A program made the position numbers and the translations under genes. A stretch of DNA of 64,000 nt from Flavobacteriaceae bacterium (GTDB taxonomy: Bacteria; Bacteroidota; Bacteroidia; Flavobacteriales; Flavobacteriaceae), in assembly GCA_021647835.1 (NCBI GenBank), contig JAKITY010000001.1, positions 8,718 through 72,717 of the forward strand, in the 5' to 3' direction. Below are positions 58,638 through 64,000 of the stretch, in pieces; positions within the stretch are counted from its first letter, which is position 1; each line of letters opens with the position of its first letter. Under the pieces are notes generated by a model, which searched no databases, was not told the origin of the DNA, and worked only from the letters and a program-made list of their open reading frames with translations.

Positions 58638-59666
58638 ATGGGATTTTTTGACTTCATGACCGAAGAAATTGCTATTGATTTAGGAACGGCAAATACGCTT
58701 ATCATCCATGATGGTAAAGTAATTGTTGACGAACCTTCAATTGTTGCAATTGACCGCCTTACCGGAAAAATACTTGCTACAGGAAAAAAAGCAAGTTTGA
58801 TGCAAGGTAAAACTCATGAAAATATTAAAACTGTAAGACCTTTAAAAGATGGTGTAATTGCTGATTTTGAAGCATCAGAATTGATGATAAAGGAGTTTAT
58901 CAAGAATATACCAACGATAAAAAATAAATTCTGGACACCATCTTTAAGAATGGTTGTATGTATTCCTTCAGGAATTACTGAAGTTGAAAAACGTGCCGTT
59001 CGTGATTCTTGCGAACACATGAATGCTAAAGAAATATATTTAATTCACGAGCCAATGGCAGCAGCAATTGGTATTGGGGTTGACATTACAGAGCCCAAAG
59101 GAAATATGATTATTGATATTGGTGGCGGAACTACAGAAATTGCTGTAATTGCTCTTGGAGGAATTGTTTGTGATAAATCTGTAAAAGTTGCAGGAGATGT
59201 TTTTACCAATGATATTGCTTATTACATGCGTACACAACACAACTTGTATGTTGGTGAGCGCACGGCGGAAAGAATAAAAATTGAAATTGGTTCTGCAACC
59301 GAGGATTTAGAAAATCCACCAGAAGATTTATTAGTACAAGGACGAGATTTATTAAGTGGTAAACCAAAACAAGTTCAAGTTTCTTATAGAGAAATTGCGA
59401 AAGCATTAGACAAATCTATTTTAAGAATTGAAGATGCTGTTATGGAAACACTTTCTCAAACTCCACCAGAATTAGCTGCAGACATTTACAATACAGGAAT
59501 CTACCTTGCAGGTGGAGGTTCTATGCTTCGTGGTTTAGACAAGCGTTTATCTCGAAAAACAGATTTACCTGTTTATGTTGCAGAAGACCCTTTAAGAGCA
59601 GTTGTTAGAGGTACAGGAATGGCTTTAAAAGACCTTGAAAAATACAACAATGTTCTATTGAAATAA
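58638..59666 (+). CDS. mreB: Rod shape-determining protein MreB
   Basis: IDLGTANT, RPLKDGVIAD and DIGGGTTE; TACATTTG promoter at 58603-58610. Confidence 0.98.
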   Translation: MGFFDFMTEEIAIDLGTANTLIIHDGKVIVDEPSIVAIDRLTGKILATGKKASLMQGKTHENIKTVRPLKDGVIADFEASELMIKEFIKNIPTIKNKFWTPSLRMVVCIPSGITEVEKRAVRDSCEHMNAKEIYLIHEPMAAAIGIGVDITEPKGNMIIDIGGGTTEIAVIALGGIVCDKSVKVAGDVFTNDIAYYMRTQHNLYVGERTAERIKIEIGSATEDLENPPEDLLVQGRDLLSGKPKQVQVSYREIAKALDKSILRIEDAVMETLSQTPPELAADIYNTGIYLAGGGSMLRGLDKRLSRKTDLPVYVAEDPLRAVVRGTGMALKDLEKYNNVLLK

Positions 59667-59678
59667 TAAGAAAAATAC

Positions 59679-60494
59679 ATGAGACAGATAATTAGGTTTA
59701 TTGAAAAGTATCGGTACTTTTTACTGTTCTTATTCTTAGAATTTTTTGCGTTGTTCTTTACCATCCAAAGTCACTCTTATCACAGAAGTAAATTTGTTAA
59801 TTCTGCCAATCGTCTTACTGGAGGAATTTATGATAAATTGAATTCTATCAATGAATTTTGGAATTTAAAATCTGAAAATCAGCATCTTTTAGAAGAAAAT
59901 ACACGCTTAAAAAATATACTTTCTATCGAATCTATTAATTCAATTAACGAAATAGATAGTACAACACATTATAGAGATTTTTATTACTCTTCTGCCAAAA
60001 TAATTAAAAACGATTACACCAAACGAAATAATTATTTATTGATTAATAAAGGCTCAAAAAATGGCGTAACTTCTGAAATGGCAGTTGTAAATAGCAAAGG
60101 AATTGTTGGAGTAACTAAAAGCGTATCAAATTACAAAGCTACGGTAATCAGTATATTAAATGAATATTCTCATGTCAATGCTAAACCAAAAAACAGCAAT
60201 CACTTTGGAACACTTTCTTGGGATGGAAAAGGTTATAAAACCATACAACTCGAAGATTTACCAAGACAAGCACAACTAAATATTGGAGACACAATTATAA
60301 CTGGCGGAAAATCTATTATATTTCCTGAAGGTATTTTAATTGGAACAATAAAAGGCTTTGAAAAGACCGATAATGTTTATAACTCTATAAATATCACACT
60401 GTTTAACGATATGAGTTCATTGAGCAATGTGAATATTATTACTAATTTACAACGTAAAGAAATTCAACAATTAGAAAAATCAAACAATGAATAA
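59679..60494 (+). CDS. mreC: Rod shape-determining protein MreC
   Basis: TM plus coiled coil, INKGSKNGV and GDTIITGG..IFPEGI. Confidence 0.95.
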   Translation: MRQIIRFIEKYRYFLLFLFLEFFALFFTIQSHSYHRSKFVNSANRLTGGIYDKLNSINEFWNLKSENQHLLEENTRLKNILSIESINSINEIDSTTHYRDFYYSSAKIIKNDYTKRNNYLLINKGSKNGVTSEMAVVNSKGIVGVTKSVSNYKATVISILNEYSHVNAKPKNSNHFGTLSWDGKGYKTIQLEDLPRQAQLNIGDTIITGGKSIIFPEGILIGTIKGFEKTDNVYNSINITLFNDMSSLSNVNIITNLQRKEIQQLEKSNNE

Positions 60495-60993
60495 CAATGT
60501 AATTAAACATATCGTTTGGTTTGTACTATTCATTCTCTTACAAGTATTGATATTCAACAATATTAAACTTTTTGACTACATAAACCCTTATGTTTATATC
60601 GCTTTTGTCTTCTATTATCCACTCAAAAAAGAAAAAGGTACATTTTTATTTCTTAGTTTTCTACTTGGTCTTTGTATAGATTTTTTCTCTGATACAGGAG
60701 GAATTAATGCAGCCGCTACATTGCTCATTGCTTATATCCGAATTCCTGTTTTATCAACTATTTTAAGAAAATCTGATTTCGATTTTCTACTATTTAATAT
60801 CCGTTCTATTTCTTTTGCTAAATCATTTTTATACATTCTTACTCTTACATTCATTCACCACCTAACACTTTTCTCATTAGATTATTTTAGTTTAAATGAA
60901 TTCGGAAGTATCATCTACAAAACAATAATAACAGCTGCATTTACTATTTCTCTAATCTTTATTGGCATCATATTATTTACTAAAAAAAGATAA
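60487..60993 (+). CDS. mreD: Rod shape-determining protein MreD
   Basis: Hydrophobic, LGLCIDFFSDTGG motif, operon position. Confidence 0.92.
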   Translation: MNNNVIKHIVWFVLFILLQVLIFNNIKLFDYINPYVYIAFVFYYPLKKEKGTFLFLSFLLGLCIDFFSDTGGINAAATLLIAYIRIPVLSTILRKSDFDFLLFNIRSISFAKSFLYILTLTFIHHLTLFSLDYFSLNEFGSIIYKTIITAAFTISLIFIGIILFTKKR

Positions 60994-60994
60994 T

Positions 60995-62869
60995 ATGCAA
61001 AGAGGAGGCTTACTATACATATTCATTATACTTGTTGGAATTATCTTTATCGGACGCCTATTCTATATCCAAATATTAGACAATCCGTATCAAATATCTC
61101 CTCTTAACAATGCATCTATCAAAAAAGTATATGATTATCCTGAAAGAGGATATGTTTATGACAGAAATGGAAAATTATTAATTGCCAATCAACAATCTTA
61201 TGATTTAATGATTATTCCGAGAGAAGTAAAACCGTTAGATACTACAGAATTTTGCGATTTATTAAGTATTGATAAAACTTTTTTCTTAAAGCAATTTAAA
61301 AGAGCAGAAAACTATTCTACACGCCTACCTTCAACTTTTGTAAGTCAAGTTTCTAAAAATGATTATGCATATCTGCAAGAAAAATTACATAAATTTAAAG
61401 GGTTTTATATCCAAAAACGTTCGATAAGAGATTATCCAATGAAAATAGCCGCAAATGTTGTTGGTTATATTAGTGAAGTAAATGAAAATCAAATTAAAGA
61501 AAATAGTTATTATCAACAAGGAGAATTGATTGGTAAAAGCGGAATTGAAAAAACCTATGAATCCTTTTTAAGAGGTATAAAAGGAATTAAGCATATTCAA
61601 AAAAATAAGTTTAACAAGGAAATTGGCTCTTTTAAAGGAGGAATTTACGACACACTCGCAACTCCTGGAAAAGATTTAACCTTAACGCTCGACGCTGTTT
61701 TACAGGAATATGGGCAAAGATTAATGGCAAATAAGCGAGGCGGAATTATTGCCATAGAGCCATCAAGTGGAGAAATCTTAACCTTAGTTACGGCACCATC
61801 TTATGATCCAAATATGATGGTTGGTAGAAAACGATCTAGAAATTCTGTCAAATTCTTTGGAGATACTATAAACAAACCAATGTTTGATAGAGGTTTACAG
61901 GCTGAATATCCTCCAGGATCGCCATTTAAAATTCTCACAGGACTCATAGGACTTCAAGAAAATGTTATTGATGAAAGCACAGTTTTTACGTGTAATCGTG
62001 GCTATAAATATGGACGAAAAGGATTTATGGGATGCCACGCACATGCAAGTCGAGTGCAATTAAATTTTGGGATTTATACATCTTGTAACTCCTATTTTGC
62101 AAATACATATAGACGCATCATAGAAAAGTACGACACTCCAAGAAAAGGCATGAATACTTGGAATAAGCATGTTGAAAGTTTTGGTTTAGGAAATTTTTTA
62201 GGATATGATTTACCAAGTGGACGAAGAGGTCTTATTCCTGATGCTGATTATTATGACAAATGGTATCCTGCTAAAAATTGGACAGCAACATATACGCTTT
62301 CAAACGCAATAGGTCAAGGAGAAGTTTTAACGACACCTATTCAGTTGGCAAATATGACTGCTGCAGTTGCTAATAGAGGTTTTTATTACACGCCACATAT
62401 TGTTAAAAACATTAAAGGAGAAACTATTGATAAAAAATTTACAACAAAGCACATTACAACAATTGATAAAGAACATTTTGAACCTATAATTCAAGGGCTT
62501 TTTGATGTATTTGAAAACCCAAAAGGAACAGCCTATTATTCACGAGTAAAAGGAATTGAAATCTGTGGAAAAACAGGTACAGCAGAAAACTATACCAAAA
62601 TAAAAGGCAAAAGAGTCAAATTAACCGATCATTCTATTTTTATAGCATTTGCGCCAAAAGACAATCCGAAAATTGCCATTGCTGTTTTTGTAGAAAACGG
62701 ATATTGGGGTTCGCGTTGGGCTGGACCAATTGCTACTCTTATGATTGAAAAATATCTAAAAGGGGAAATTAGCAGAAAATATCTTGAAGAACGCATGCTT
62801 AAAGGCAACCTTCAAGAAGAATATAACAAGCAACTTGATACATTGTACCGTGCAGAGGGAGAAAAATAA
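60995..62869 (+). CDS. mrdA: Penicillin-binding protein 2
   Basis: PERG..YDRNG, SPFK (SxxK), SCN (SxN) and KTGTAE; start ATG 60995. Confidence 0.96.
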   Translation: MQRGGLLYIFIILVGIIFIGRLFYIQILDNPYQISPLNNASIKKVYDYPERGYVYDRNGKLLIANQQSYDLMIIPREVKPLDTTEFCDLLSIDKTFFLKQFKRAENYSTRLPSTFVSQVSKNDYAYLQEKLHKFKGFYIQKRSIRDYPMKIAANVVGYISEVNENQIKENSYYQQGELIGKSGIEKTYESFLRGIKGIKHIQKNKFNKEIGSFKGGIYDTLATPGKDLTLTLDAVLQEYGQRLMANKRGGIIAIEPSSGEILTLVTAPSYDPNMMVGRKRSRNSVKFFGDTINKPMFDRGLQAEYPPGSPFKILTGLIGLQENVIDESTVFTCNRGYKYGRKGFMGCHAHASRVQLNFGIYTSCNSYFANTYRRIIEKYDTPRKGMNTWNKHVESFGLGNFLGYDLPSGRRGLIPDADYYDKWYPAKNWTATYTLSNAIGQGEVLTTPIQLANMTAAVANRGFYYTPHIVKNIKGETIDKKFTTKHITTIDKEHFEPIIQGLFDVFENPKGTAYYSRVKGIEICGKTGTAENYTKIKGKRVKLTDHSIFIAFAPKDNPKIAIAVFVENGYWGSRWAGPIATLMIEKYLKGEISRKYLEERMLKGNLQEEYNKQLDTLYRAEGEK

Positions 62870-64000
62870 CATATTTGCAGGAATTGACCTATGGCTCATT
62901 CTATTTTTTATTATCCTTGTCTTTTCAGGATGGCTAAACATTTACGCAGCATCTATATCTGAAGAGCATACTGAAATTTTAGATTTCGGCGCCGTATATG
63001 GCAAACAATTAATTTGGATAGGGCTAACAATCCCACTTATTATTGTTGTTCTATTTATTGAAACAAGATTTTACGAACGATTCGCTTCCATTTTTTACAT
63101 CATTTCTATACTTTCATTAATTGGTCTTTTTATTTTTGGAAAAAATATTAATGGCGCACAATCGTGGTATGCAATTGGAAATTCAACATTACAACCTTCT
63201 GAATTTGCTAAAGCATTTACAGCCTTGGCTGTTGCAAAACTATTGAGTGATAAAGTTTTTACTTTCAAACCTTTTAAAAACCACATAAAGGCTCTCTTTT
63301 TAATATTTCTCCCTGCACTTCTTATTACACTACAGCCAGATCCTGGTTCTGCACTGGTATATTTCGCTTTCCTTTTTGTTTTTTACAGAGAAGGATTACC
63401 AATCTATTATTTTGTGATAGGCTTTTTATTAATCATTTTATTTCTACTAACACTCAAATTCGGAAGTTACGCCTCAATTCCAATTATGATATATGTTGTC
63501 GGAGGAATTTTCATTTTGATTTTTGGATATTTAAGTGTTTACAAACAAAGAATTTTAAAACGAAATTGGTTGCGATTTTTAACAATATCATTTATTATCT
63601 GTGGATATATATTTAGCACCAATTATATTTTCAACAATATTTTTGAAGAGCGCCACAGGAATAGATTTAACGTTATTCTTGGCAAAACAACTGACATTCA
63701 AGGCGTTGGATACAACACGAATCAAGCCCTAAAAACTATTGCTTCAGGAGGTTTTTCAGGAAAGGGATATTTAGAAGGAGATAGAACACAAGGCAAGTTC
63801 GTTCCAGCACAAGATACAGATTATATATTTAGCACCGTTGGAGAAGAATGGGGGTTTTTAGGAAGTACATTTGTAATTATTCTTTTTATTGCTTTAATGC
63901 TTCGGATTATTCATGTTGCCGAGCGACAGAAATCAACTTTCAGTAGAGTGTATGGCTATAGTATCGCTACTATTTTCTTTTTCCACTTTATGGTAAATAT
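62850..64000 (+). CDS. rodA: Rod shape-determining protein RodA (SEDS), 3'-truncated by window edge; absent from ORF track
   Basis: GTG 62850 gives MQREKNNIFAGIDLWL, then GAQSW, QPSEFAK, QPDPGS and DTDYIFSTVGEEWG. Confidence 0.95.
   Translation, partial: MQREKNNIFAGIDLWLILFFIILVFSGWLNIYAASISEEHTEILDFGAVYGKQLIWIGLTIPLIIVVLFIETRFYERFASIFYIISILSLIGLFIFGKNINGAQSWYAIGNSTLQPSEFAKAFTALAVAKLLSDKVFTFKPFKNHIKALFLIFLPALLITLQPDPGSALVYFAFLFVFYREGLPIYYFVIGFLLIILFLLTLKFGSYASIPIMIYVVGGIFILIFGYLSVYKQRILKRNWLRFLTISFIICGYIFSTNYIFNNIFEERHRNRFNVILGKTTDIQGVGYNTNQALKTIASGGFSGKGYLEGDRTQGKFVPAQDTDYIFSTVGEEWGFLGSTFVIILFIALMLRIIHVAERQKSTFSRVYGYSIATIFFFHFMVN

Overview
AT-rich chromosomal window from a Bacteroidota (Flavobacteriaceae-type) bacterium, judged by the gldKLMN operon, XrtF, TAnnTTTG -7 promoters and Shine-Dalgarno-less starts. 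Most of it is housekeeping: secDF (partial), an hpt-adk fusion, obgE, lysS, an ABC-F ATPase, gldKLMN, topA, miaB-bEBP-lptE-secG, groESL, purH and mreBCD-mrdA-rodA (partial). Three accessory blocks are present: an Hpy99I-like C/R/M restriction-modification module with integron-cassette-like ends after lysS, a RelE/ParE toxin-antitoxin pair, and a ~19 kb co-oriented copper-resistance cluster (36.3-55.2 kb). No tRNA, rRNA, CRISPR array, transposase or integrase was seen. The strongest unexplained signals are non-coding. (1) A ~100-nt promoter-to-terminator sRNA candidate divergent from lysS has an exposed G/U-rich seed complementary (15/16) to the purH leader 48 kb away, GcvB-like logic. (2) A Cys/His/Pro-Pro leader protein (HYC_CC_PP) is followed by a switch-like RNA structure that sequesters the cusA initiation region, a candidate metal-sensing uORF attenuator. 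(3) The R-M module has attC-like ends. (4) An A11 tract would toggle hpt-adk between fused and split forms. (5) A TGCCA-N3-TGTCA motif is shared between the sigma54-activator operon and groESL. All family assignments are from motif recognition by eye; no database search was run.
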